From: Rhodosorus marinus CCMP1338 | Lineage: Eukaryota; Plantae; Rhodophyta | Length of the DNA: 64,000 bases | Direction of reading: 5' to 3' | Assembly (NCBI GenBank): GCA_029953675.1 | Contig: JAMWBK010000007.1 | Coordinates: forward strand, 1,612,001-1,676,000 | Part shown: one piece after another, positions 37,052-51,200 of the stretch | Layout: every line of letters begins with the position of its first letter | Numbering within the stretch: position 1 is the first letter of the stretch | Made by a program: the position numbers and the translations under genes | Notes under the pieces: generated by a model | What the model saw: the letters and a program-made list of their open reading frames with translations, nothing else | The model's database searches: none | Told to the model about the DNA's origin: nothing

Positions 37052-40000
37052 TCAGTCGCCGTCTGTATAGTCAGATCCACTGTCTTCATCGGCAAATGAT
37101 TCGCTTTCTTCATCTTCGTCGTCGAGATCAATGACCTGATAAACAAGCATATCGAGAGCAAAGAGAGCAGGGTTCTTGTTCAACAACCTGAGTATTGGTG
37201 TGATCAGAACTTTTCGTCAGAGCTTCAAGTTTCATACCTCGGCGGTAGCGGTGGTTGGCTTTCGTGCTCTCGCTGATGGCTTTCTCGGAGTCGGATCCTT
37301 CACGATGGATTCTTCATCTGAGGAGATCGACAGGGCACCAAAGCTTTCCTCCGCAGCATCTGAGCTGTCCTCGTCTACCTTCAGAGGTCGTGTCGCCTTT
37401 GCCTTTGCTGAGGTCTTCGTTCGCTTAGCCTCCGGGGTTACTCCAAAAGGCGACTTGACAACCTTCGGAGCCGTCCCTTTGCGTCCTCTCTTGGCTTTTG
37501 AATCAGCCTGCTTCTCCTTCGCCTTCGTAGTAGTAGCTGACTCGGAAGAAACTGTCGGAACAGGCCTTTCTGCAATCATCATCTTCTTGGCCAGTCTCTG
37601 AGTGAGGGTCAGCTCAAGCTCATCGTCACTGTCGTCAGCTACGGTCTCAGCAGGAGCAGCCTTCTTAAAGAAAGAAGGCTTGGGTGCGCTCTTCGGGGCG
37701 GTTGCCTTTGTTGGCTTTTTCACAGCCGCTACTAGTGCTTTCGCCGGAGCTGCGCTTGCTCGAGGCTTAGGCGGCTTGACATCGACAAGTGGCTCCTCCT
37801 CGTCCGAATCGTTCTTGAATGAGGGCTCGGATTCTGAATCGCTTATATGCATCTTCTTTGTTACCCTCTGTTTCGGCAGAGCCTTCGGCGCAGATGGCTT
37901 GTCACCAACGGGTTTGACCTTAGCTACAGCAACCTTGGCGGACCGTTTTACAGCCTTCATTTTCACTTCCGGGAGCGAAACGATCTCAGCAAACTCGACA
38001 TCCTGCTCTTCCTCGACAACCAAGGTCTTCTTCTTGGCCCCGCCCCTGGACTTCGAGTTTTTAGCAGCAGACCGCGCTGCCTTCGTGGCCCGTTTCTGTT
38101 CCATGTCTCCCTTGTCGAGTACATCAAGCCCCTCCGAGAGCTGATCAAGGTCGAAAGTGTAGAGATCTTTAGCGGTAGACTTCTCCATATCAGACATCTC
38201 GAGTACTTTTTGATCGCGGTCCGCAATCAGCTTCTGAACGCGTTCGAGCGTCAAGCTCCACAGAGGCATCGAGAGGAGGTAGTCGTAGTTTGTGGATTCA
38301 GCAAGGCCGGGTGACGCCTCATCAACGTCGCCAGCGTCTTCGTCCTCATCTCCAGAGCCTTTCTTGTTCTTTTTTTCAGGATTGGCCTTAAACTTAAGCC
38401 TCCTTAGCTCCGCAATGAGGTCATCCTTCTTCCTCTTCGCAACTTTGAGCTTGCCGTCGACCACCATCTTGATGAACCGAACCTTGTTCTCCAGGATTTG
38501 AACGGCTTCCTGGAGCATCTTCAGCAGATATAAGCGCCTCTCTTCGTACATTTCCAGACGGAGTTTGAAGAAACATGCTAGGATCTCCCTCGCGTTCTCG
38601 TACTTCCTCAACCTTCGTTTCTCATCGAACAGAACGAGATTGGATGTCGCGATGGAGCCACTTAGTCGAAGCTTCTTGTAGATTCCTACATCTTCCATCT
38701 TCGCCATCTCAGCATCGCTCACTTCCAGAGTGAACAGGACCTCAGTCTCCGTTCCACCATCTCTCATGTCAACCAGAAACGGTGACTCCTTGCTATCAGA
38801 GGTATTGCCTCCTCCAGTGGTCATCGACTCCAGCCACTCCTTGTAAGGAGTCGTCCAGGTCTTGGCAGGCAATTCAGTAATCACCAGCTTGTTAGAACTC
38901 AACCTCCGGACTTCGCCGTAAACTTCGTAGTTGTTCGGTCCTGTTCTTCGTACAGGACCTTGATGGTGCCTGAACCAAGGCTGCGGTTCCTCAAGATCTT
39001 CCACCGGTGTATCGTTGAGGAGCCTTCTAACGAGCTCGATGAGGACTCTCGGATTGTAACATGGTACCGATGAGCTCCATCCGGTTCCGATTCCTTCTGC
39101 GCCGTTGACAAGTACCGTAGGAATGACTGGAGCGTAGAATTTGGGTTCAATCGAGAGGCCATCGTCTTCGAGATAGTCGAGGATGGGATCATCCTCAATC
39201 GGAAACAAAAGCCTGGCGATCTTGCTGAGCCGGGTGAAGATGTATCGGGGCGATGCAGCGTCTTTGCCTCCCTGGAGCCGAGTGCCAAACTGACCAGCGG
39301 GATGAAGGAAGTTGAGGTTGTTCGAACCACAAAAGTTCTGAGCGAGACCGATAATCGTGGCCATGAGAGAGGCCTCTCCATGATGATAAGCAGTATGTTC
39401 AGAGGCATAGCCCTGGAGCTGCGCCACTTTGATCTCAGTCTTCAGGTTCCTCTTGAAACAGGAGAACAGGACCTTCCTCTGGGACGGTTTGAGCCCATCC
39501 ATGAGTCCAGGAATAGAGCGTTCATTATCGGCGATGGAGAACAGGATCAGCTCCTTGTCAACAAAAGTTTTGTAGCTCAGAACATCCTGCTCGTGGTCGA
39601 AATACGTGCCCTCCTCGAATGCTGACAGCCACTCCTTCCTTTGCTGGACACGTTGCTTCGAGAAAGCCAGATCAATCGATGCAAAATCCTCTTCTCCAGA
39701 GTATTGGAACTCGAGAACATGACGATCCAGATTCGAAAAGTAGCCTCGGGCTTCCTCAGATGTGGATGAACCCAGACCTATGTTGAAAAGCAGAAAACTG
39801 GAGTCCTCAGATAATGGAAACATGCGAAACCAATTTCATCCATTCTCATCTCATCTTAACCAGATGGAAAGAACTATTATCGCTAGGAGAGGCTCTTTCC
39901 ACTCGTTTTTCGTGTGTCTAGAAGTCCTGGAGCGGGCCTTCCAAACCTGACCAACGTACACGCGAACGAGTATCTAACATTACCAGATGAGATCAGATCC

Positions 40001-42547
40001 CTGGCAATCAACTACTGACGACGTGCGAGACTGGAAAGATCATCTAGACAACTCTAACAGAGCCATGTACTGCCCGAAGCGATGCATGGAAAAGTGGAGG
40101 AAAAAAACTACCAGTACATACCCTTATAATACTTGATCTTCCATCCACTAGTGTTGTTATCTAGGGAAGTTTTCCAACTCAAGTACTCTGGAATCGTGAA
40201 GAAGGTCATCTCAGTCTTCCTCTTCGTGCACTTAACGATCGGGGTAAGGAACTCTGCCAGAAAGCCCGGGACTGTGATGAGCGAGGGCCAAAAGTGCTGG
40301 AAAAAGTTCACAAGTAGACCCTTGATATGGCTTCCATCGTGGTCCTGATCGGTCATGATGAGTACTCGTCCATATCGTAACGTCTTGATCGTGTCCCGGT
40401 CGTAAACCTTGTTGTGCTGGAGGCCTAGGATCTTCTTAAGTGCATTGATCTCGGCGTTATCCATAATTTGCTTGTGATTGGCGTCTCGAACGTTGAGCAG
40501 TTTTCCTCGGAGAGGAAAGACTCCGTAGTAGTCCCTTCCTACCACAGAAAACCCAGAAACTGCTAGAGATTTCGCAGAGTCTCCCTCCGTGAGGATAAGT
40601 GTGCACTTTGAAGAGTCCTTGGTGCCGGCGTAGTTGGCATCGTCCAGCTTGGGAATACCTAGTCCGGGGATAAAACCGTCGAGATGGAACAGGGTTGAGA
40701 CAAGGGTTTTGTACATCCAGGACCCTGAAGCTGCACTGACGCTGGAGTACGTGTGCTCACCAAGAAGCCTTCTTTGTTTGCCACCATCGGTCTTCTTCAG
40801 CTCATTGCTTTGCTTGAACTTGGCGAAGGAAAGGATGTTCTCGATGAGACTGTTCTTCAACACCTTCTTGAAAAATTCCTCCGACAGTTCGCACTTGGAT
40901 CCGAATGAGCCTTGCCTCGATGTCATGTTCTCCTTTGTTTGTGAATCAAACGATGGATTTTCTATCAGGCAGTTCACGAAGACGCAGAGCTGGTTCTTAA
41001 CCTGAACGGGTAAAGAAAAACGGTACCAACAAAAACCATTCTGAATCAGACCTCGGACTATGTTCCGTAGCCCTTTCCGAATCTGTCTGGACTGTTGTTC
41101 GCACCTGAAAAGGTTTCAGTTTAAGTCCCTTGTTCTTCTTGGTAAGGTGTTCAATAACACGAGTAGCGATTTGATCAACTACGTGATTGACATGGTTTCC
41201 GCCTTTCATAGTCCATATGGAGTTCACAAAGCTGACGTTCTGGAACTGTCCATCACTTGGAGCGACAACGACCTCCCAGCGCTGTCCGGTCCTGATCGTT
41301 GGGTCCAATTTTCGATGGTTTTGAATCAGCAATCAAGAGCAACTCATCTGGCCATCGATCCAAGAACTGGAAATCTTCTACTCAACGGACCTTTCATGGA
41401 CGAGCTGAACGTCTTGGCGTTCACTGAAGTACAGTCCGACGTAGTCCTTGAACGACTTGATTGGGAGTTTTTTGCCGTTGAGGAAAACCTTGACGCCCGG
41501 GCTGATTCCAGCGATATCGTATACTCTCTTCTTCATGAGCGCAACGACATCTCGCTCAAGAAAGCTCATTCCAAACCGGTCTAAATCCGGTCGGAAGGAA
41601 ATGCGGGTCCATTGCTCGTTCTTCTTCAGCCCTTCCTTGATGGTGGGCTTCTTCTTCTGAGACATATTGTCCTTGAACAACTGATACAGCATTCACAGAC
41701 GCTGTTAAGATAAAACTGAGATCATCCAGAGCAGAGGATTTTTGCAAGTGACGAACCTGGTGGTATCGCTTGTTGGAACCCTGATCTGCGGTTTCAATGA
41801 TGAATTCAGAAGAGAAGATGTTGGCGAGCTTGGCTCCATAACCGTTTCTTCCTCCGACTACCTTTTTCTCGTTGTCGTTATAGTTTGACGAGGTGAGCAG
41901 GTGCCCAAATATGAGCTCGGGTACGTACACTCCTTCTTTCTTGTGCACCTCGACTGGGATTCCGCTACCGTTGTTTTTAACAGATATGCGGTTGTTCTCT
42001 TCGTCAATGAAGACTTCAATTGTATCCATGGATGGATCTCTCTGTCTATGATCCGCGGCATTTACAAGGATTTCGTCGAAAATCTTGTACAGGCCCGGCA
42101 CAAAGGAAGCCTCTCGATGCTCCATGCATTCGTCCTCATCGTTCCACAGCCATAAAGGTAGCGTTGTCTTCTCAGCGGACCCTGCGGACAATAAAGGAAG
42201 AAACCGACATCTTTCAGAACGATCGCACGGCTGGGTAAGAGCTCTCGTCGAAGTCCTACCTATATAAGTGTCGGGCCTCAGCAAGATGTGCTCAAGCTGG
42301 GACAGCTTCTGATACGTCTCCTCGACTGGGCGTTGTTGTAGCCGCGTCTGACCATTATCCACTTGCATCTTTAGGCAGCCCTCTATGCACTGATGTCCAC
42401 ACAAGTCGAGATCTGAAGTTACGATCTCCAACTCTATGAAAGAAAGTACTTCAGCTAGAGCCCAGCCCCTAAAGCGATCCTGAAGATCGAAAGAAGATTG
42501 CTCCTACCTGTACCTCGTTTAGTAAGCGTGTGGTCGTCGGAATCCAT
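37052..42547 (-). CDS. TOP2: DNA topoisomerase II (eukaryotic type IIA), multi-exon; start at 42547 or 42368
   Basis: YQKLSQLEHILLRPDTYIG, GLYKIFDEILVNAAD, GGRNGYGAKLANIFS, TOPRIM LILTEGDSAK/PLRGKLLNV/IMTDQDHDGSHIKGL, catalytic ASPRYIFT, charged low-complexity tail. Confidence 0.97.
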
Positions 42548-42619
42548 CAGAGCCCATCCACGGAAGGGTGCCCAGAAATCACATCCCGTTGCATGGAATG
42601 AAGCTTGGCGTTACGAGAA

Positions 42620-42940
42620 CAACTATTTTTCTTCCAAACTATTAAGTAATGTCCAATTTCTTTCTATTTCATAACATTCAAATTTCAAAATGATATCCTC
42701 ATAAATATAAATAAATTCAATATTATTTTAGAAAATATTTATCTTGATTTGAGCAAAATATGATCAAATTATGAATTGAAAACATGAAAGTTACAAAACG
42801 ATTAGAAAACATAATCAATAAAAATAATTTTATGGGGGTAGTGAAAATAATGAAAGCATTCATTATAAACTATTATCAATAAAAGTATAAAAATTGAGTT
42901 TATCGGAAAGTCTCTTAATCATGACTAATTTAGGGTTTTT
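42620..42940. promoter_or_regulatory. AT-rich intergenic island upstream of TOP2 (probable promoter/nucleosome-depleted region)
   Basis: About 300 bp of strongly AT-rich sequence immediately 5' of TOP2; one of roughly a dozen similar islands in the window. Confidence 0.45.
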
Positions 42941-44132
42941 AGAAAGTCAACGTCGAACAGGCTGCTTGCATGAAAGTCAACAAGTCGAGGTCTGACCCTA
43001 CTCTAGGAGAGATGCTACTATTGATCTGTCCTTGACCTGATGGAGCGACGAGATACAGTATGCGACAAGTCTGAAGGCCAAATCTGGATAAAAAGCACCG
43101 TTCAACCTGTTGACTTGTGCTTTGATTTGCTATTGGCCTTCATCACCGTTGACTATACCTCTCCATGCCCCCTGGTGTACGCTTTGTTTCGCGGGGTAGT
43201 GCTCATGAGCTTCTGGTGAACATGTCCAGGCTGTTGAACGCTTGAGCTTTATCGACAGGAAAGTCCCCTGTTTCTGAATACAACCGAACCGACGCAATTT
43301 TTGGGTGCGATTCAGAGCACTCTATGTAGAAACTTCTAGCAAAGCATCCCTGATGCTATTTACTTCCATTCGCATTCAACACACCAGCTGAGAGCAAAAA
43401 CGGTTCACAGATTGGCCCGGACGTCACTACGTCCATGGCAAGTAGATCCAATCAGTGCGAACCACGCATGGGAATCGGTACTCGTAACCAACTTCTCTTG
43501 ACAAGTCATTCGTTAATAGGAATTATGCTCAACTCAAAAAAAGGCCGTGGTTATATGCGCGTTTCTTTGCGGAACTACCGGTGTTTGCAGCTGCTAGGAT
43601 CTCCGTCTAGCTCTTCACCCGCGTGTATCTTAGGTGGAGCTCTGCCTCAACTGGGGACACGCTAACGCTACACATGCAGGGTGGCTGGTTTTCTGCACCT
43701 CGTCATGAACTCTTGTGAACTGCAGCGTGGCGGTGCTCGCTAGCTCGAGTCCGTCCATCCTGTAAAGGACTTTATCCGATGACGACGAAAGTTATTATTG
43801 CATTCCTGAAATCGTCGCGCAAATAAGGACGGGTGTTGAATCTCATGGCGGTGAAGCGGCTTCGGATTTGCTTAACCCGCTTCGATCCAATCGATGAACC
43901 AGGAAATTTAGGACGATCAAAACGAAGTGTCCGGACTTGCTATCCAGCGAAGGCGAAGAGAGGCCTTTTGAGAACCGGTTGATCTTGGCATAACGAGGAA
44001 GCTCTGCAAACGTATGGATGAAGTTGCTCGGGCTAGAACTGGCATCAGCGGAACAGGTCCGTAATCTGGGCGTCGAGCCGTATCTGACTCAGCCGAATCT
44101 CGGGGAGAGTGATTTTTATCTGTGGATGGGGT

Positions 44133-44879
44133 ATGTCGGCACCAGATGGACTGGATGAGAGAGGGATCAAGGAGGAACTTCAAGTGCGGCAGTCTGTGGT
44201 GGGGAATGGAAACCAAATCTCAGAAACTGATACTGAACTGGACGTTGAGTCCGCTCAGGAACCGGAATGGCGGCCAAGTTTTAGGAGGCACGGCCTCCTC
44301 TTGATAGCAGGTGGGGCGGGTTTGATCGGGTTAGGTGCAGCGTTCGGGGTTCCTCTGGGCTCGGCGATTGGGAAGGATGAGGAAGCCAGCGGCTCGATTT
44401 CGAAGAAGAAATCCAAGAAATCCAAGAAGAAGAAGAAGGCTGGACACATCAAATCAAAGGCTGTTTTGAGACGAGAGGCTTCGCATTTAGCTTTGAGGGC
44501 GCTAGGCATCGCTACCGTCATTAACGCATGTGTAGCGGTCACTGCCAGCTGCACGTTTGTCTACTATAATGATATCAAATCCCCGGAAGAAGTACCCAAA
44601 GTTGTTGGAGACTGGACGCGGCGCTGGTTTGTACGAGTCAAGACCCCGATTCAAGGAGCAGTCACAAAGGTAGAATCGTTTGGGAAGGTGGTTGGAGAGT
44701 CAATTGCGACCCAGTTTTCCAGCTTTGGAGAATCGAAACTTGGAAGGTGGATCCACTTCAACATTGAGTCTTCTGCTGAAAGAAGACGTCAGCTAGACCT
44801 TGAGCTCGAAGCACAGATTGCTGGGAAACAAGCAGCAGCTTCCCCGTGTAACCGCTCGGCCAGGGATATCCCTAAATGA
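44133..44879 (+). CDS. TMEM242/DUF1358-like membrane protein
   Basis: Two hydrophobic segments (GLLLIAGGAGLIGLGAAFGVPLG; ASHLALRALGIATVINACVAVTAS) separated by a Lys-rich loop. The LALRALG motif recalls TMEM242. Confidence 0.55.
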   Translation: MSAPDGLDERGIKEELQVRQSVVGNGNQISETDTELDVESAQEPEWRPSFRRHGLLLIAGGAGLIGLGAAFGVPLGSAIGKDEEASGSISKKKSKKSKKKKKAGHIKSKAVLRREASHLALRALGIATVINACVAVTASCTFVYYNDIKSPEEVPKVVGDWTRRWFVRVKTPIQGAVTKVESFGKVVGESIATQFSSFGESKLGRWIHFNIESSAERRRQLDLELEAQIAGKQAAASPCNRSARDIPK

Positions 44880-45237
44880 GCTGTGCAAAGGAAAGCAGAC
44901 ACTCACTTCTTGATAGCAGTTGTGCCCTCAGTAGCATTAACCATGTAGCAAACAAAAACACTTCGGAACTCCATTCTTCTTTAAATCCAAGCTAAAACTA
45001 GGACCTTACAACTGCCCGAGCGCGTGAAGACCAAGCTACCATTGCTTCAGATTGCATAAGCACCTCAGTCTTAGCCCCAAACATCAACAACAAAAATAAT
45101 ATCAATAGAGAATTCCTATACACTCTTCTTCAGAGTATTATCATATACATGCTGATAAGAAATATACATGAAGTCGGTCATCCGACCAACAAGGACGACA
45201 TAAATGCCAAGGAAGCCGTCGCTCCCATCTCAGAGCA

Positions 45238-46858
45238 TCAGGCCATAAGATGCTTTGGTATTCCGGTGGGGAAACCAGAATCGGCTTCAGCTACCTTCGC
45301 AGTTGCGGATTCTCTCGACGGGGGTGCATCGACCTTGATCAGGCCAGGAACGCTGGCATACGTGGACTCACTTCCTCCGGCCGCTGATCCCGCATTTGAC
45401 GCCGCAGTTCGGACTACTGGGTTCACCTTTATGGGCTCAGCGGAGAGCTGCGCAAGTTTCTTCTGTTCCTCCCGCGTGCGGAGAGCAGCGGCCTCTTTAA
45501 GCGTTCTCTTCACGAGAATTTCCTCGCACACGTCTAGGGCCGGCGGTTGCTCAGGCTCTTTTCGTCCATACTTGCGCAGCCGGTCCGACATTTTCTCCAT
45601 GCAGGTATTGAACCGGTTCCCTAGCTTGCTCCTTAAACTTTTGACCTACGACGACATGAAATCGATGTCTAAGTTCCACGCCATCCAAGGAATGTACAAG
45701 CGCAGAGACTCAACTCTCACCTTCTCCTCCCAGGCCTCCTTGTTTCCATCCAACAGAACAGGGGTTAGAAACACATGGTACGGAGCTAGACGGCTCCATA
45801 CGTCAGCACCGTTCTTGAACGGCGTCTGACAATCCGGGTTCAAAGCCCTCAGCTGATCTTTCGTAGGAGCCATCTCAAGGCGAGCCTTCTTCGCCGGGTC
45901 GGGTTTGAACGGGGCATCTGGCCCCTGCGAAAGGCGCTGCTCCCTTTTGGCTCCGATTTCTGGAACACGCGAAGTGAGCTGTGGACTAGCCTTCGAGTTT
46001 GGTCCAAGAACGGGGACGGGAGCGGGTCCAGCTCCTCCTGGCTTTCCACCTGAGACCGCTTGTCGCACACCCAATGGCACGTCCTCCCGTTTCGGCTTCC
46101 TTCCTCTCCCAGCCGCCGGTACCGGCAACGTTGAGCTTGCGGCCACCTTTGGCGGTGGTGGGGAGGATTTTTGCGGTTTCGCAAGCAGCGGGGCTATCAA
46201 ATTGTAAAGCTCAAAGAAATTCTTCGAATCCCTTCCCCTTCCCTGTTGAGATATCCCACGCGGTTGCTGTGGCAATCGGGCCTGGCCCTGAGCAGCAGGC
46301 TTTTGCCTCGCATGCAATGGAAAGCCACCCATTACTCGGTCAAAAGACTGTTTCACCGATGGATCTACTCTCGTCCCCGTATTGCCAGGCAACTGCTGGG
46401 AGCTTCTCCGCTGCACCACAGCCGCCGGGTGCGCTCCAAAGGCTAGCTCCTCCATGGTGTGCTTTGACAACTCGGACCCTGTGCTAAGCCACGGTGGCTC
46501 GGATCCCTTCCGAGACGCAAGCGGATTATCCTGCCTTCCTACCACTTGCGGTGCGAAGTTATTCCCGCGTCCGGCAGCGAATTGCTTCTGATACATGTCT
46601 GTCAACGATCCAACGCCCCCGGCTCCTGGGTAATTTACATTCGCACTATGCATCCGTGGATTTCCTCTCCCGGCCCTATTTACATTAACCTTATTCGGGG
46701 CATCGACAATATTCCGCGAATCATAGTATGCTCCACCTGCACCCCAGCCAAAAAGAAAGTTCAGTTTCGCATTCAATTGCAGCTCCCATGGACTTGGAAG
46801 AGTCGATCTTCATTCCGAACAGTTAGAGCGAGTTACCTTGAACTCCCGGAATCGGCAT
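45238..46858 (-). CDS. GLTSCR1/BICRA-domain protein with low-complexity N-terminus
   Basis: PDCQTPFKNGADVWSRLAPYHVF matches the GLTSCR1 domain start (PD..TPF.s..DA..RLLPYHV), followed by a helical segment. Short first exon MPIPGVQ at 46858. Confidence 0.65.
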
Positions 46859-49699
46859 TTGTCCTAAGCCAACAGCTCTGTGGAAGTCGTTGAGCCCTTG
46901 GTTGCTGGTGATAGGTTTGGCGGGACTGCGTGCGCGATAGTCATCACTAAGGAGTGAGCGCACAAGAAGAAGAGCATATCAGCAACCAGTGCAACAGGAA
47001 TGGGGACTCTAACTCAACTAATTGTGATCCGGTCCTTGGCGATGAAAGAGCCACAGCACACACCTATTGGTGGGGAAAGGCATTTCCGAAAACCCCGCAT
47101 CTGGGTTGGCCTGCTTGTTCATATCCATGGGGTACGCGGAGTTGCTCGTCGCAAGGGAGCTCCTTCACGACACAACGCACCTTCCCCTTCCCTCAAATGT
47201 GTATGGGAAGGGGAGGACAGAGTCCTTTCGCCGGGGTGAATTCCTCCACAGTTAATCGTCTACTCGCAAGAGTTGGTTCTCTTTAGGACTTCACTGAAAA
47301 AGCAACTGAAACCTGAAGGAAGCGGAGTTCGCTCAGCCAACACAAATATCAACCAGCCATGGACGCAAGAGACATCACCGCCGGAGCCGAGACATTGCTC
47401 GAACTCTGTCGCGTGCGCTGCAGCCATCCAGACTCGTCCATAATCTGACATGCTTCGGGACGGCTCATCAGTTACAAGCTATTAAGCATGCTTGTGAGTC
47501 CATGCCTCTTCCAAATTTCCATTCAAAAAGCCTCTATGGAAGGCTACATACCTAATGGATGAGGGTAACCAGTCTCCCTCCTCGGTCCAAGAAGAACCGA
47601 AGTGTGGCACAAAGCTCACAAACTGGGCTCCTCCAGACGAGGCCTTGAGATAAGTAGTTTTGGCACTTCCGTTGCACCACCGCGCTTCCGTAACACCTCC
47701 TTGTGACGCTATATCTCCCCAGCTTATAATATTAAAACCCCTCTGCCACGCAAAACCAAAACAAAAGAAGGCCGCAATCCTACCATCCAGAGCCTTTGCC
47801 ACTGTATCCCAACCCAGCCGCAGGCTATGGCGGATAATCTCAATACAACTTAAAAAATAGGAACATAAGAAAAAAAAAATGGCCCCCCCCCCCTCACCTG
47901 CTAGCAATTATATATCACCCTTCGGATATCTTATTTTTCCCCTTTATACGACTAAAAATTCTGCCCCAACGGCCCCCCCCCCACACCCCGAACAAACCTT
48001 ACACACATTGCAAAGTCCCCCGTCGATGCGCGTTTCTATTTCTTCTGTCACACAAATATGGCACTACCACTATCCACTGTCCACAGCCCCCCCCGAAACT
48101 GAATGCGGCAACTCCCTTTTTTCGCCCAATTGCAGCTTTGGCTAAACAAGGTTTCCATCAGGATTACCCCCCTTCTGATCCTGTTTGTTCTTCTTTTTTC
48201 CCATCATACGAGGTTTTTTCGACGATTGGGGTACCTTGTTGCTCTGAACGTACCCCTCAACTAGAGTAGCTTTTGAGTTTCCAAATTCCACGACATTTGT
48301 GAAAATTATTGTACTCCCACTCAAAACCCCGCCCGATAGTTATGTTTTTCGCATGCGCCATTTTCCAAAACGAGTATGAACCTTCCCCCCCGCCTTCTTC
48401 CCTCCCTATTTTCGCCCGGGGAAGAGAATTGATATAAAAATAGAGGGTTAACTGCAGACTCGGAAGTGAACCCATGTCTTGGATACTGATTAGCCCCCCT
48501 GTCTTTCAATTCGTTTATATGTAGCACTATTTATTGTATGGTTCAAATAAAATATCGGTTTGAAAGCTTTTTAGGACTATCAAAGGTGCGGTTGGGGTTT
48601 TGTTGAATGGCGCAGGTCCCGAGTTTTTGAATAATGGCGGACTTGTGCATGACCAGGGGTCCATGTTAGTGCATGGCAGATGCAATATCTTCCTTGTTTA
48701 ATTTTATTTAGCGCTGTTCATGCACGATTGAACATATATGAGGGGTGCTAAATTTGTTGTCTATTTGGGCTTGTTTTTCTTAAATACGCGGAAGGGGGGG
48801 TAGAGTCTGGGGCGATTCGAGCAAGCCAAAAAGGGATGAAGGAAGGGTAACCTAATCAGTTCTTTTCAGCCAATCGTCACGCCTCATGGTAAATTTTAAA
48901 CCAATAATAGAAAAGATTGACCTTTTCTCTCTGTTGATTAGTTGGAACACTAATGAACACGCTATCATTGGCAACTTCCGTTTTTTTCCTGAGACAACTG
49001 CAACCATTGGCTGCTAGAACTGTGCGAGCGCCATCATTCGATACAAGAATTTTATTAAAAAAACCGGAACTTTACATAGAGCGGACCCCATTTCTTTCAA
49101 TCTTTATTACAATTTGACTGTGCTATAGGGTCAGTCATTGACACCGAGGAAAAATGCCGTATACCGCTTCTTGTAATCAAAATGCTGCGCTCCGTTAAGT
49201 CTCTTGCCGGCGAAAGGAATAGAGCGAGCGCTGTTTGTGAATAACAAAGGTACTGACTCTATATCCTTCGAGTCCCATGAGCTCATTCGCAAACCCTGCT
49301 GGACGCGCCTTTCATGCATTGGAAGAGTGACGGAATCGTTTAATCCGAATTTGGTTGATAGTAGATTGTGCGTATTTCGCTCTGCGTTGCCCTTATTAGC
49401 GTACAGTAGCGCACCAGTATTGAATTCAGTTCAAGCCTGCATGACATGCTAACTTTCGCAAAGGATGTAAAATGTTTCGCTCCCGGCTATAGAGCGTGTG
49501 GATATTTACGAGCAAACGGGGCGGGACTCGAGTTTTATCCGGCATTGTTTTGAGAGTTTTACGCTTAGTACACTGTTTAAACACTTTTTTATACTTTTTA
49601 CCCTTTTTATGCTTGTATCCACCGCCGATTGCCGGAAGCTTTTAGTTTTTGTGGTTGCACTAGGAAAATGTTGACCGTTTGGTCAACGCTTTGCTCTGA

Positions 49700-50450
49700 G
49701 ATCAGGTTCATCAGAGATCAGGTTCATCTCAGAGGGTTTCAGATAGTACATTTCTCCGAAGATTATTTCCTTCCCATCCGGTGCAACCGTCGCCACCTCC
49801 CCCTTCTGCGTCGCGACTTCAGAGTGTCCGTTCGCAAATGTGTGAGCGCACGAGCTCCGTCTCCAATAGCGTCTCGAAGCAGTTAACGTCGTTGACCATG
49901 TGCAAGGATGCCCCTAAGTCGATAACTAGGGGGCGTCAACCGTCGTTCTCCTTACTGCTGCGCTGTACCATGGTCCTGCTGATCCAGTGTTCCTCTGTTC
50001 TTTACAGTCCTTTCCGAGGTGCCCCGGCTGCTTACAGTTCAAGTAGGCCCTCTCCTTCCTGCAATCTCTGTGGTCATGGTCAAGGACCGATCAATTCGAC
50101 CGATGCAGATTTGAAGACAATATGTCCAATACGCTGGAACGGTTCTTGTTTATACTCTTTTTTTGTTTTTCGTGGTATCCCTCCAGGTGGGAGCGCAGCC
50201 CTCCGTGCTTGCTCCATACCACTCCACGCCTTTATACCGATCCCTGAAAAGCCCGGACTGGGACCGAGTTGTCAAGCCGTTCAGCGCAGGGTCGTGGGCA
50301 GTGGATGGTCTCACGTTAAAAACAGGCATTTTCGCAGCGGAGACGACAACCGTATGGAAACCACTGAACGATGTCCAGCTATGTTGCTGAACTGATGTTC
50401 TTACTATTAAGTCCTTGAGTGGACTCCCAATCACCCTCAGGCGCGCCCTT
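49700..50450 (-). mobile_element. Decayed Ty1/Copia gag-protease remnant
   Basis: Degenerate zinc knuckle YLNCKQPGHLGKDC, then Copia-type protease LVIDLGASLHMVND..GEV..IIFGEMYYL..NLIS, with stops and frameshifts. Confidence 0.75.
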
Positions 50451-51200
50451 CGCTAAGCTCGTTTACTGAAGAAAAAGGATGCTCAGATTGTCACCTTCCT
50501 ATCTAAGTCATGGTCTAATCTTCAGCTCTAATTAGTACACAGCTGATCATATCCGAACCAGGTGCTCTGGGAAGCTTGTTCAAGCCTTGAGCATCACGTG
50601 GAAGCTTTAGCAAGATTTTTGCGAGGCGTCTTCAAACTCCTTCAGAAGCGTCGTTAGGATGCATTCTCGCTGTGTTCGGTCGCACCCCACGCACAGACGA
50701 AGAAGAACAGCCCTAACAGTAGTTGGGATTTCTTGCACAGCAACTACGGTCCATCCCGGGTGACAGGCGAAAGTTGTAACTGGCATCGGTTGCATTACAA
50801 ACTTACGGGAGATGTGCCCTCTTACTTTCCGAAATGCTCCAGAGTTTGGAAAACTGGTTTCGAAAACTCCCAGTGTTGAATCATGGTACCCAAATCTGCA
50901 GATCCAAAGTGGGGAACATCGCTCCTAACAGCAACAGCAGCTGGATGAGAACCAGTATCATGACTAGCAGCGAGGCCAGCGCTCGTGGTTTGAACCATTA
51001 TCAGCCATAAGTGATCATTCTCGACAGAATGAGTTGGACCTACGATCTTCTTCCAAGCCGTGGTGCCAGCGTTCCTGCCGAGCATCAAACAATGGGCATC
51101 TGCACATATGCTGTGGAGAACTGGATCGTATTGAGAAGAAGATGTGCAGCTGGGTGACTGATCAGCTTGATCGTCAGGAAGACGCGCTCCTTGTAAGCTG

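Noticed and set aside
37176-42267. Many long plus-strand ORFs over TOP2, and similar antisense ORFs over other genes
   Set aside because: Antisense shadows of real coding exons.
47000-48500. Possible minus-strand gene, including a CxxC..CxxC peptide near 48000-48070
   Set aside because: Frames are interrupted by stops and homopolymer runs; explainable by extreme skew.
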